From the IMG/VR virus record IMGVR_UViG_3300045256_000282, positions 85,069 to 149,068 of that record: DNA of 64,000 bases. One strand, written 5' to 3'. Both the position numbers and the translations under genes were made by a program. Shown piece by piece: positions 47,779 to 56,395 of this stretch. The notes beneath the pieces are model-generated. The model did not search any database. It worked only from the letters and a program-made list of their open reading frames with translations, and was not told the DNA's origin. The stretch's first letter is position 1. Each line of letters opens with the position of its first letter. The DNA is from a virus.

Positions 47779-50700
47779 TCATGCCTTATTTTTTTGATCT
47801 TGTAAAGGAGAATAAATTATGACCACATCCGATACCTTGGTGGTTTCCTTGTTTGCTCTTTTTGTCAAGAAAAATAAGCCAACAGCTCCCTTTGTAAGTC
47901 CTGGATATTCTGCAAGTTTCTCGGTTTCGTAGTCGGGCCAGATTACCCTTTCTGTTTGATACCCGTCAGAATCTATGACCATCTTAAGGGCTTTTTTAGT
48001 ATTTTTTGAAAAAGAAAACTCTTCACAGCTAACAACGTAACCAGCACAGCAAAACTCAAGGTCCTTGTTGGTGGGCTCTAAAGAATCCAACATCGCAGAC
48101 TCTTTCCCACTAACAAACCTGACGGGTTGGTGCCTAGAGTTGCTTACTATGGCCCTGTAATCCGAACCCTCTTGCACTCTTTTGCAATGCTTTATCATAA
48201 CCTCATAAAGGCTTCCGGGCATCGTTGGGTAGATAGACTTCTTCTCAACAAAATCTACGATGGGGTGCATGCTGAGGTAATAGGGGTCGATATCTCCCCG
48301 CTTAGGCTCCTTAGCCTTTACTCCCCTGGCTAATTTCTCCTCGTATTCCACCTGCTTTACGGCGTCTTCATAGTCCTGCATCTTATGCAGAAGATCGTGT
48401 TTTGCAGGAAAGAGACTATCCATAACGCCTACGTGGATCAGCTTCTTTGTCAAGGATGGTCCGGCTACTCTTTTTCTTACAAAGTCTTTTATGTTCAAGT
48501 AAGGACGACCCGACACTATGGCGTCTACGGCCTTTTCCCCAAGTCCTTTAAGAACCGTAAGTTTTGCCCTGACGGTATTGTTTTTGTAATCTATGATCAT
48601 CTCGTTCGTAGATAAGTTAATGTCGGGAGGAGAAACGATATCCTTTACGTACTTGTAAAGTTCATTAGAGATCTCTTCTTCATCCGCGTTAGATAGGACC
48701 GCTGCCCACCACTCTAAGGGGTAATAGTATTTTAGGTACATGCAGGCGTAAGTTATCATGGCATACGATACCGAGTGCGACTTGTTAAACCCGTACCTAG
48801 AAAACGTTTCCATCATAGACCACAGGGTTTCTGCTTTTTCTTGACCAACCTTTTTTACCGCACCTTCCATGAACAAGGGTTTCATTTCTAAGGACTTCTT
48901 CTTATCTTTCTTAGAAAAAACCCTTCGAAGCTCTTCGGCATCCCCTGCTTTCATGTCCCCTAAGATTCGTGAAACCTTAGATACCTGCTCCTGGTAAACC
49001 ATGATCCCATAAGTTTCTGGAAGAAGCTCGGCCAACTCTTTCATGTCTGGCTTACTGTTTCCTCTTCGTCTTTCGATGTACTCTTCGGCCATGTTCCTAT
49101 TCGTTGTTGGGTCGATAAAGTCCAAAGGGCCTGGTCGTACTAGCGCCAATATGCTTGAAAGGTCTTCAATAGACTTAGGTAAGATGCGCTGGACAAACGG
49201 TACCATACTTCGAGTATTGATTTGAAAAAGGGTCGATGTTTCGCCTTCCCATATGCTTGCGAAAACGTCTGGGTCTTCGGGAAGATCCCAGATAAAAAGA
49301 TCTGCTCCTTTGTGAACAAACTTACCGGGCTCTAGCTTCTGCTCGTTCTTTTTGTTAATCAGCTCAATACATTTTTGTATGTCTTTTAACTGATTAACTA
49401 CTAGAAAATCGTACTTGATGAGCTTTGCCTTCTCCACAGCTTTGGCTTCGTACTGGGTTATGTTCCCCATAAACATGGGTACGATAGACGATACAGGCTT
49501 ATTAGCTATAACAAATGCGGATGCGTGTTTTGAGTGTTGACGCGCAATTCCCAGACACCTAACGACAAGGTCCCATTCTTCAGGTCTTTCTTGTGCGTAT
49601 TTTTTAAGATCCGCATTTACCTCAATAAGGCCTGCGTTACGGTTACCGTCATCGTCCTCAAACCCAAACACAAAATCCTTGTCGCTAACACCCTGAGGAG
49701 GAGGCGGAAGTGATTTTGACAACTTCTCTATCTCAGGCTCTACGGCACCCTTAAAATATCTGTTAACGTCTTTTATAGAGCTTTTTAACCTGAGCATGAT
49801 CCTTGTAGAGATCTGCGCTGCTTTTGAACCCCAGCGCCCATATAGGTAGCCAGACCTGCCGTCTTCTCCGACAAGAAGGGTCCTATCTACCAAGTCAACG
49901 TCAACGTCTGGCCAGTTGCCTGTCAAGATACGGTCAAGAGATAGGAATCGCTCAAAGCTAAGGCCATACTTAATCGGGTCTACTTGGGTAATCCCCATCA
50001 GGTACATGAACAGCGAACCGGCGGCAGAGCCTCGAGCAGGACCCGTTAGCTGGTTGTTTTCTTTATAAAAATTTAAAACATCTCTGATAGGAAAAAAATA
50101 AGGCAAAAGATCTACCTTGCCATTCTTAGCAAGAATCTCAAGCTCGTATCTTAACCGATCTACGTAAGCTGGATTGTCCCAACGCATCCTGCCATTAGAG
50201 GCAATTATCTCCATCGCCCACCTTATAGCATCCCTGTTGCCCTCTATTTCTGGTACGCTATAGTCATAACTGAAAGAGAAGTTATCAAAATTAGAAGCCC
50301 ATCTTACGTTATTTTTAAGTATCTGTTCCGAAAATGAGCTGTTTAGCTTTAGAACATCCGTAAGGTATTCAAAAGCTTCTTCTCGTGTTTGCATGTGCCT
50401 AGGAGAATACTCTTTAATACCATCTTGAGATAGACGAACGTCTTGGACGCCTTTATCTTTTGGGCTTGAATAGTAGGCGTAGTCTGAATAGATGATAGGA
50501 ATCGAGTGTCGATTTGCAAGGCCCACCATCAATAGGTTTGCTTTAAGTTGAGGGTCTCCTTGTGGAAGTCTAAGATTTCCTTCGTGAATCTTAGTATTAG
50601 ATACAACCTTATTTACTGAGGTGTAGATCCCTGACTTAATCACAGAGCTTACAAAGGAATGCCTCAAAGAATTTTGAGCAACTTCCTTAGGACTGATCCC

Positions 50701-51348
50701 CATCCTAAGGCTTGGGGTTCTCACCCGGTCACTAGAGGAAAGAATCATCTTAGAGCCGTCCTGGAAAGTAAATTCCACAAAAGAGGCCCAAGTCTTATCC
50801 ATCTTGTTTCCGACAACTGCGACGTAGTATTTGTTTCCAAACATCGCTTTTAGCTTAAGTATGATCTGCTCAGCAAGGTCGGGTCTTCCGGTAAAGAGGT
50901 GTTTTGCTGCGATATCGTTTGCATCACTTGAGCATGCTAAGATGTTAAAATCTAAGCACTCTTCCAGGTCTTTCCAGTTCCAAGGAGAAAACTCTGACCC
51001 GTAAGAAACTATCTTTTCAGATCGTTCTTTTGAAGAAAGTTCGCACAGTTTTTGATACGCCGCCTGATCCGTTGCGTGTAAGGTTAGCTTAAAATACTTA
51101 GCTTGCTCACTCCGGGTGCCTTTCGTAATCGTGCAATTTGGGTCTTTAAAAAAGATCTCTACCCCTGGAATAAACTTTAGCTTCTTCTTTTTTGCCTTCT
51201 CATAAGCTGATAAACAGCTTGTCATGTATGCGGGGTCGGTATATGAAAAATGAGTTCTGCCCAGCTCAACTGCACGCTCAATCATTGAATCTACGGAAGA
51301 TCCGGTTATCGGGCTTTCTACGTGAGTGTGTGGACTTGCTACGAACAT
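47779..51348 (-). CDS. dnaE: DNA polymerase III alpha subunit (family C)
   Basis: PHP domain PHTH; GPARGSAAGS, FERFL, PDVDVD, HASAFVI, YQEQ and GFNKSHS motifs. Confidence 0.95.
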   Translation of the reverse strand: MFVASPHTHVESPITGSSVDSMIERAVELGRTHFSYTDPAYMTSCLSAYEKAKKKKLKFIPGVEIFFKDPNCTITKGTRSEQAKYFKLTLHATDQAAYQKLCELSSKERSEKIVSYGSEFSPWNWKDLEECLDFNILACSSDANDIAAKHLFTGRPDLAEQIILKLKAMFGNKYYVAVVGNKMDKTWASFVEFTFQDGSKMILSSSDRVRTPSLRMGISPKEVAQNSLRHSFVSSVIKSGIYTSVNKVVSNTKIHEGNLRLPQGDPQLKANLLMVGLANRHSIPIIYSDYAYYSSPKDKGVQDVRLSQDGIKEYSPRHMQTREEAFEYLTDVLKLNSSFSEQILKNNVRWASNFDNFSFSYDYSVPEIEGNRDAIRWAMEIIASNGRMRWDNPAYVDRLRYELEILAKNGKVDLLPYFFPIRDVLNFYKENNQLTGPARGSAAGSLFMYLMGITQVDPIKYGLSFERFLSLDRILTGNWPDVDVDLVDRTLLVGEDGRSGYLYGRWGSKAAQISTRIMLRLKSSIKDVNRYFKGAVEPEIEKLSKSLPPPPQGVSDKDFVFGFEDDDGNRNAGLIEVNADLKKYAQERPEEWDLVVRCLGIARQHSKHASAFVIANKPVSSIVPMFMGNITQYEAKAVEKAKLIKYDFLVVNQLKDIQKCIELINKKNEQKLEPGKFVHKGADLFIWDLPEDPDVFASIWEGETSTLFQINTRSMVPFVQRILPKSIEDLSSILALVRPGPLDFIDPTTNRNMAEEYIERRRGNSKPDMKELAELLPETYGIMVYQEQVSKVSRILGDMKAGDAEELRRVFSKKDKKKSLEMKPLFMEGAVKKVGQEKAETLWSMMETFSRYGFNKSHSVSYAMITYACMYLKYYYPLEWWAAVLSNADEEEISNELYKYVKDIVSPPDINLSTNEMIIDYKNNTVRAKLTVLKGLGEKAVDAIVSGRPYLNIKDFVRKRVAGPSLTKKLIHVGVMDSLFPAKHDLLHKMQDYEDAVKQVEYEEKLARGVKAKEPKRGDIDPYYLSMHPIVDFVEKKSIYPTMPGSLYEVMIKHCKRVQEGSDYRAIVSNSRHQPVRFVSGKESAMLDSLEPTNKDLEFCCAGYVVSCEEFSFSKNTKKALKMVIDSDGYQTERVIWPDYETEKLAEYPGLTKGAVGLFFLTKRANKETTKVSDVVIIYSPLQDQKNKA

Positions 51349-51977
51349 TACTTCTCCAACAATGACAAGATATCAAGCGGGTTTTCGTTATTGCTATTCT
51401 TCTTGCTAGAGAGAGTATCTATCAGTTTCTTATAAACTTCAACCATCATCAGGGTGTCGTTCTTAGCTTCGTGAGCGCCAAGCTGGGCTATGTTAAAATG
51501 ACTAACTAGGCTACCAAGAGTCCCGATTTCAGGCGGAAGCCATCCAGCCTCTTTCAACAGATCTCCCGCCATCTTGGTATCAATCTTGCCGTAATGAACA
51601 AGCTCTTCCCACTCAGCGTGGGGAAGTATTTGAGCTTTAACCATACCGATATCAAAATCTACGTTGTGCCCTAGAGGCTTAACCTTGGCACCTTTTGGCT
51701 TGTTACTCTTTAAGAAGGCCTTAAGCTTAACCTTGGCAGCGTCCCTTGTAATGGCGTCTGGACGCTCGACATGTTTAGCAAGATCAATCTTGTTAACTTC
51801 CATCGCTTTTGCTTCGATCTGGTCAAATGGGGATTCTGGTTTTATGAACATGTAAAGCTCATCTAAGATCCCATAATCTTCACCAACTATGGCAAAATAT
51901 GCCGTAAGTATTGGATTTTTAAAAGGATCAAGACCGGCGGTCTCCGTGTCAAAAGCTAAAAATTTCGGTTTGCTCAT
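51348..51977 (-). CDS. dnaQ: DEDDh 3'-5' exonuclease (Pol III epsilon-like)
   Basis: FDTETAG, GHNVDFD and HEAKND motifs. Confidence 0.85.
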   Translation of the reverse strand: MSKPKFLAFDTETAGLDPFKNPILTAYFAIVGEDYGILDELYMFIKPESPFDQIEAKAMEVNKIDLAKHVERPDAITRDAAKVKLKAFLKSNKPKGAKVKPLGHNVDFDIGMVKAQILPHAEWEELVHYGKIDTKMAGDLLKEAGWLPPEIGTLGSLVSHFNIAQLGAHEAKNDTLMMVEVYKKLIDTLSSKKNSNNENPLDILSLLEK

Positions 51978-52609
51978 TTTTCACCTGTATTTAAACCTAG
52001 GTAACTAGACCTTTGGCCGTGTGCATCAATATCATAATCCTCTACGAGGTTTGAGTCAAGGTCAATAACTTTAAGCGTATTGTTGTACCATAAGCAGACG
52101 GTGCCCTTTTTCTTAGTTCCTATCATAGTTTTGATAGAGTTTGGCTTGTTTTTTGTAATCTTTCCTTTTCTTGCGTTCCTGGCCAGCTTATCGCATCGTA
52201 TGTTGTGGGTGTCGGTGCCGTGACCTTTAACCCATTTCATTATGACGTTCATGTCTGAAACTAGCTGCCTAAGCATCTTTGCCTTCTCAAGCTTGGCCTG
52301 CTGCTTAACCTTAAACTTACCGCTCGCCCAACCCAAAACGATCTGGCTGTCGCTCACTAGGTAGATATCCTCTTGTTTAGGATCTCTTCCCGCATTGTCA
52401 TATTTTTCTTTTAAAAATTTGAGTCCCTGAACCGCCGCCTCAAGCTCGGCGTCGTTGTTCGTAGCCTTTTCCATCTGACCAGAAGACTCGAAGATAGGCT
52501 GACCGTTTCCAACTATTCTAAAAGCCCATCCGCCCGGATGTTCTGCCGTGGTAGCGCTTCCGTCGGTATATACCTCTATCAAACTCCTAGTCGACATCTT
52601 CTTCATCAA
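51974..52609 (-). CDS. rnhA: Ribonuclease HI
   Basis: YTDGS, TNNDAEL, SDSQ and WVKGH...NIRCDKLA motifs. Confidence 0.92.
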   Translation of the reverse strand: MMKKMSTRSLIEVYTDGSATTAEHPGGWAFRIVGNGQPIFESSGQMEKATNNDAELEAAVQGLKFLKEKYDNAGRDPKQEDIYLVSDSQIVLGWASGKFKVKQQAKLEKAKMLRQLVSDMNVIMKWVKGHGTDTHNIRCDKLARNARKGKITKNKPNSIKTMIGTKKKGTVCLWYNNTLKVIDLDSNLVEDYDIDAHGQRSSYLGLNTGEK

Positions 52610-52817
52610 CTCCCATATCTCTCTTGATCATCTCTACGGCTTCATCGTAGTATGTCTGGATTTTATCGGGAGTAGTTAGAAGTACTTGCGCAGCTTTGTC
52701 ATTATTCACTCCGTCTGGATGTTTTCTTAAAAAGACTTCTAGCGAGTTTTGAGTGCTTGGGCAGTAAATGTAATCTGGGTCTGTTTCTATCTTTTTCTTT
52801 TCTTCTTCTTTATTCAT
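52587..52817 (-). CDS. Stand-alone sigma-region-4-like HTH protein
   Basis: 'DGVNNDKAAQVLLTTPDKIQTYYDEAVEMIK' fits the sigma R4 pattern xxxEIAxxLxxTxxxIxxxxxxAxxxL. Confidence 0.5.
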   Translation of the reverse strand: MNKEEEKKKIETDPDYIYCPSTQNSLEVFLRKHPDGVNNDKAAQVLLTTPDKIQTYYDEAVEMIKRDMGVDEEDVD

Positions 52818-53188
52818 TGTTTTCTCCTAAAAGGAATAACCTTGTTAGCCGCAAGTCTTTGCGCCTCAAAAAGCTCTTCCTGCTTCTTGTTTATCGTTTC
52901 AACCTGAGTGTTGATATTTTTTTCAAACTTCTTAATATCTTCCTCTGCATTTTTTAAGAAGATCTTAAGGCGCCTCATCTGATTCGAGATGTTCTTGACG
53001 TAGTCGATTGCAACTATTCCGCAGTGTACTTGCAGGTAACGAAAATTATCCTGATTGTACTCAAGGGTATATCTAATCTTCGCTCTATCTTGTTGCATCT
53101 TGTTCAGATAGTACTTTGCCTGCTCGAGTTCGCTTTTCATCTTCTCGATCAAGAACAGAAGTTCTTCTGGTGTTAGGTTCTGAGACAA
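52814..53188 (-). CDS. Hypothetical coiled-coil protein
   Basis: Heptad-rich; AGGAGG RBS; ends KVIPFRRK. Confidence 0.6.
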   Translation of the reverse strand: MSQNLTPEELLFLIEKMKSELEQAKYYLNKMQQDRAKIRYTLEYNQDNFRYLQVHCGIVAIDYVKNISNQMRRLKIFLKNAEEDIKKFEKNINTQVETINKKQEELFEAQRLAANKVIPFRRKQ

Positions 53189-53200
53189 CTGAACCTCCTG

Positions 53201-54784
53201 CTAGTCTAGCTTCCATTTGCCCTTAATCACGTTAATCAGTTGTCTAGTGCCGTCCTCATACTGGATAATTTGAGAGTTGTCCCAGGAGCTTGATCCTCGG
53301 TTATAGCCTAGACGCATGTAACTTGAGGTTCCAGCAGACATGGCTCCGTGCCAAATCTCACCATAATGGCAGTGGCCGTAGTTTACCTTGCCATAGGCCT
53401 TATACATGCCCTTTGCACCAGGGTTTCGTCTCCCGTTAGACCCTAAGTCTCCGTGAGCGCCAGACTCTACTCCGGCTATCCGAAAATCTTGGTCTCGCTT
53501 AAGCCAGATCAGATCAGGGCCGGGTTTTAAACCAAAGTAGGTTTCGAGTCCATCCTTAAATGGATCTTTACCTTCCATAGCTAAGATCTGTAGCTTTGAC
53601 GAGATCATCCTGTTGTGATCATCGAATGTACCCTCTGCCAAGTATCGATCTAAAAATTCATCGTGATTAGATTTAACAAATACCAGGTGCTTAGCTGTTT
53701 TTTGTTTTCGCTTTTTCTCGATAACCTCGGCATTCAATCTCATCTCTTCCGATAAGGAGATCTTATTTTCCATAGCCAAACGGGCTCTTAGAACCTTGTT
53801 CCTGATCTCGTGATGGTTGATGGATACACCGGAGAAGAAGTCGTGAAAAACCCTGTATTTTGGCTTCCCGATCTTGCACATCTCATCTACGGCGGCGTCT
53901 ACGGTAGGATCAGTTTCTGTCGTGTGGTAATCACCCTGAATGATTGCTTCACAACCTGCAAACTTCTTACCGTCCTCACTATAGTTGTAGAAAAGATCGT
54001 TAAAAGAACCATCCCTCTTCATCTGGACGATTCGAAAATGATAAAGCTTATCATCTACGATCTCAACAACAACACCGCCCATTACGTGATGCTCTTCAGC
54101 CAAAACGTCTCGCCTTTTGGGTATACCGTCATTCGGTATATACCTTGGCCTAGTGACGGCTCCGGTTGCCTGAATGATACGAGCCAACTTCTCGTTAGAA
54201 TTTGCGATGGGAACACGTCTTTGTTTAGGGCTCCCAATAATGATTGTACCTTCAGTTTTTCCTATGGCATCTAAACCTACAACCGGATCTACCTGTTTGG
54301 GGTCGATCTTGATTGGATTAAGATGCAAATTTGAGTTTAGATGAAGCTTCTTAAAAACTATGTTAATTTCCGAATCTGAAACCAGGTCGTGGTCCATATC
54401 GTAAAGTGCATAGTTTGCTGGAAACATCAAGATCATCGCTTTATTGATCTCAGCATATTTCTTTATAGAAGCCAAAAACGCTTCGTGAACAGGAGCCCCC
54501 GCAACCGCCGTTGTGATTATAAATCGTTTATGATTCTTAACCTTTGACTGAAGCTCTTTGTGAACTTGAGGATCAAAATTTTCAGGATCAATCAACTTCT
54601 CAAAATACTTAGGGGCTAGCTCTTTAGAGAACTCCTTAAGAGGCTCCATGCCTCCAAAGTGATCTCTAACCATGTCTCGGGAGATTCCTACTTTTTTAAG
54701 ATCTGACCTAGAAGGGTACGCTTTTAACTTCTTGGCCAGCTTAGCGTAGGAAAGGGCAATCTCCTCTTTCCTACGGCTACTCAT
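53201..54784 (-). CDS. N-terminal HTH plus calcineurin-like metallophosphoesterase
   Basis: GDYH, HDFF, SNHD, AHGD and GHCH motifs. Confidence 0.8.
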   Translation of the reverse strand: MSSRRKEEIALSYAKLAKKLKAYPSRSDLKKVGISRDMVRDHFGGMEPLKEFSKELAPKYFEKLIDPENFDPQVHKELQSKVKNHKRFIITTAVAGAPVHEAFLASIKKYAEINKAMILMFPANYALYDMDHDLVSDSEINIVFKKLHLNSNLHLNPIKIDPKQVDPVVGLDAIGKTEGTIIIGSPKQRRVPIANSNEKLARIIQATGAVTRPRYIPNDGIPKRRDVLAEEHHVMGGVVVEIVDDKLYHFRIVQMKRDGSFNDLFYNYSEDGKKFAGCEAIIQGDYHTTETDPTVDAAVDEMCKIGKPKYRVFHDFFSGVSINHHEIRNKVLRARLAMENKISLSEEMRLNAEVIEKKRKQKTAKHLVFVKSNHDEFLDRYLAEGTFDDHNRMISSKLQILAMEGKDPFKDGLETYFGLKPGPDLIWLKRDQDFRIAGVESGAHGDLGSNGRRNPGAKGMYKAYGKVNYGHCHYGEIWHGAMSAGTSSYMRLGYNRGSSSWDNSQIIQYEDGTRQLINVIKGKWKLD

Positions 54785-55377
54785 GAAGAGCTACCTTCCG
54801 TACTTGGCTCTGAAGATTCCTGAGCTGCAGCAGTTTCACCGCTTGATGCCTCTGCTGGAGCTTGCGACTGAGCAGGAGCTGATGGAACGATAAGGTTATA
54901 AACTTCTACGATCTCAAGAAGATTTCGTCCGGCTTCCAACTGAAACACGTCTCCAGGCTTTTTGCCTAGGAGTTGATCTTTTGTTTCTTTCTTAAAGCCA
55001 AAGATTGGGTATTGAACTCGTCGATTCCGAACTTCTTTTGTTTCAGGATCAAGCTCTCGAGCTACGAAAAAGGAGTTTTCTTGAATAGTTTCACCGGCTT
55101 CCATAACACCCTTAGACTTAAGGTCTTCAACCTTTTGTTCAAGCTCTTCTTCGTTCATCAAAGAGATCTCTTCAGCTACATTTGCCGAACTGATCTGCTT
55201 ACCAGCATTTCCAATTCGAACAACAGCTTCTAGCTTCTTACTGATAAGTGTCAAGGCGTTGATTGACTGCTGAAGATTCATCGTCAAGTTGCCAATGGTC
55301 TGGTCGGTTAAAGCAAAAGCTTGCTCTAATCCTTCAAGACGTTGTGCTGCGGTCAGTGTTTTATTATTCTTTTCCAT
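54781..55377 (-). CDS. Coiled coil plus GreA/GreB C-terminal (FKBP-fold)-like protein
   Basis: 'LLGKKPGDVFQL...LLEIVEV' matches the Gre C-terminal domain pattern; N-terminal coiled coil. Confidence 0.5.
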   Translation of the reverse strand: MEKNNKTLTAAQRLEGLEQAFALTDQTIGNLTMNLQQSINALTLISKKLEAVVRIGNAGKQISSANVAEEISLMNEEELEQKVEDLKSKGVMEAGETIQENSFFVARELDPETKEVRNRRVQYPIFGFKKETKDQLLGKKPGDVFQLEAGRNLLEIVEVYNLIVPSAPAQSQAPAEASSGETAAAQESSEPSTEGSSS

Positions 55378-55394
55378 TTGTTTCGTTTCTCCTG

Positions 55395-56342
55395 TTATTC
55401 TGCCTTGTCCTGAATGGACTTGGCTATTGCTAATTTAAGCATGTTTGTTGCACCACCACCTGCTGTTTGTAAGCTTTCGTTTCTGCTTACGACGTGTTGC
55501 ATCATGATCATTGCTTCCTGCTCCCCATTTGGAGCTGGGATATGATTGGGTCCTACGGCCTTTCGAGAAGCCTGTCTCTGAGCGATGCGTCTGTTTCTTT
55601 CAATAATCTCAGATCGCTTAAGCTTAGATGCGGGCTTTCCAAGCGGCATTTCGTTTTCCCCAAACTCTTCTTCTAAGATCTTCTTAAGATCTTTCGGTGC
55701 CTTAATCTGCGATGATGGCTCTGTTCTAACACTTGGTTTGTTAGGCGATACCCTCACCGCCGAAGGCTTGGGCGCTATTGGCCCAGACGATAAGGGTCGG
55801 ATGCTTTCAGACCTAGGCTTAGAGACTGGCGTAGGAGCCTGTTCTTGCGCGGGTTGAGAAACTTGCTCAGTAGCCCCTTTAGACATCTTGGATAAAAATC
55901 TTTTTAAAAGATCCACCTCTAGAGTGCTGAAAGGAGACTCGACCTTAGTACCAGCTTGAGGTGCTTGTACCGGGCTTAATCGTGGGTCTGGCTTAAGACC
56001 TAACAAGATCTCAAGCCTGTCCTTGATAAAATTTCTAATCTCACGCTGAACGTTTGCTATCGCTTTAGGGTCTGCGTCTACCGAACCAAAAAGGTCGTGC
56101 TTTAGCAGCATCTCATAGAGCTTACCCTGCTCTAATCGCAACCGGGCGTTTGTTATAAGCTCTGAATCATTTTCAAGATCTTCATCTTGAAATTGTTCAT
56201 AACCTGATTCTGCCATAGCGTCCGCGACTCTTTCTTCGTTTAGCTGGTAAGCATCAGTCTCTTCATCGTTTTCCTGATGCGCAACTTCTTCGGCAGAAAG
56301 TTCTGCGTCTTCTTCATTTTCATTCCAAAATTCGTTGTTCAT
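55395..56342 (-). CDS. Hypothetical protein (acidic N-terminus, Pro-rich linker)
   Basis: 315-aa ORF directly downstream of a sigma70 promoter. Confidence 0.65.
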   Translation of the reverse strand: MNNEFWNENEEDAELSAEEVAHQENDEETDAYQLNEERVADAMAESGYEQFQDEDLENDSELITNARLRLEQGKLYEMLLKHDLFGSVDADPKAIANVQREIRNFIKDRLEILLGLKPDPRLSPVQAPQAGTKVESPFSTLEVDLLKRFLSKMSKGATEQVSQPAQEQAPTPVSKPRSESIRPLSSGPIAPKPSAVRVSPNKPSVRTEPSSQIKAPKDLKKILEEEFGENEMPLGKPASKLKRSEIIERNRRIAQRQASRKAVGPNHIPAPNGEQEAMIMMQHVVSRNESLQTAGGGATNMLKLAIAKSIQDKAE

Positions 56343-56352
56343 TACCTAACCC

Positions 56353-56381
56353 ACCTTACTTTACATCGCATTGCGTGTCAA
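56353..56381 (-). promoter_or_regulatory. Sigma70-type promoter TTGACA-N17-TAAGGT
   Basis: Perfect -35 at 56381-56376, -10 at 56358-56353, 17-nt spacer, in an intergenic gap. Confidence 0.7.
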
Positions 56382-56395
56382 TGGATACTATCATG

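Noticed and set aside
53201-54784. Metallophosphoesterase as the SbcD/gp47 partner of the SbcC gene
   Set aside because: The phosphoesterase domain is C-terminal behind an HTH and an extra domain, unlike SbcD, and lies 5.6 kb away. The partner may be outside the window.
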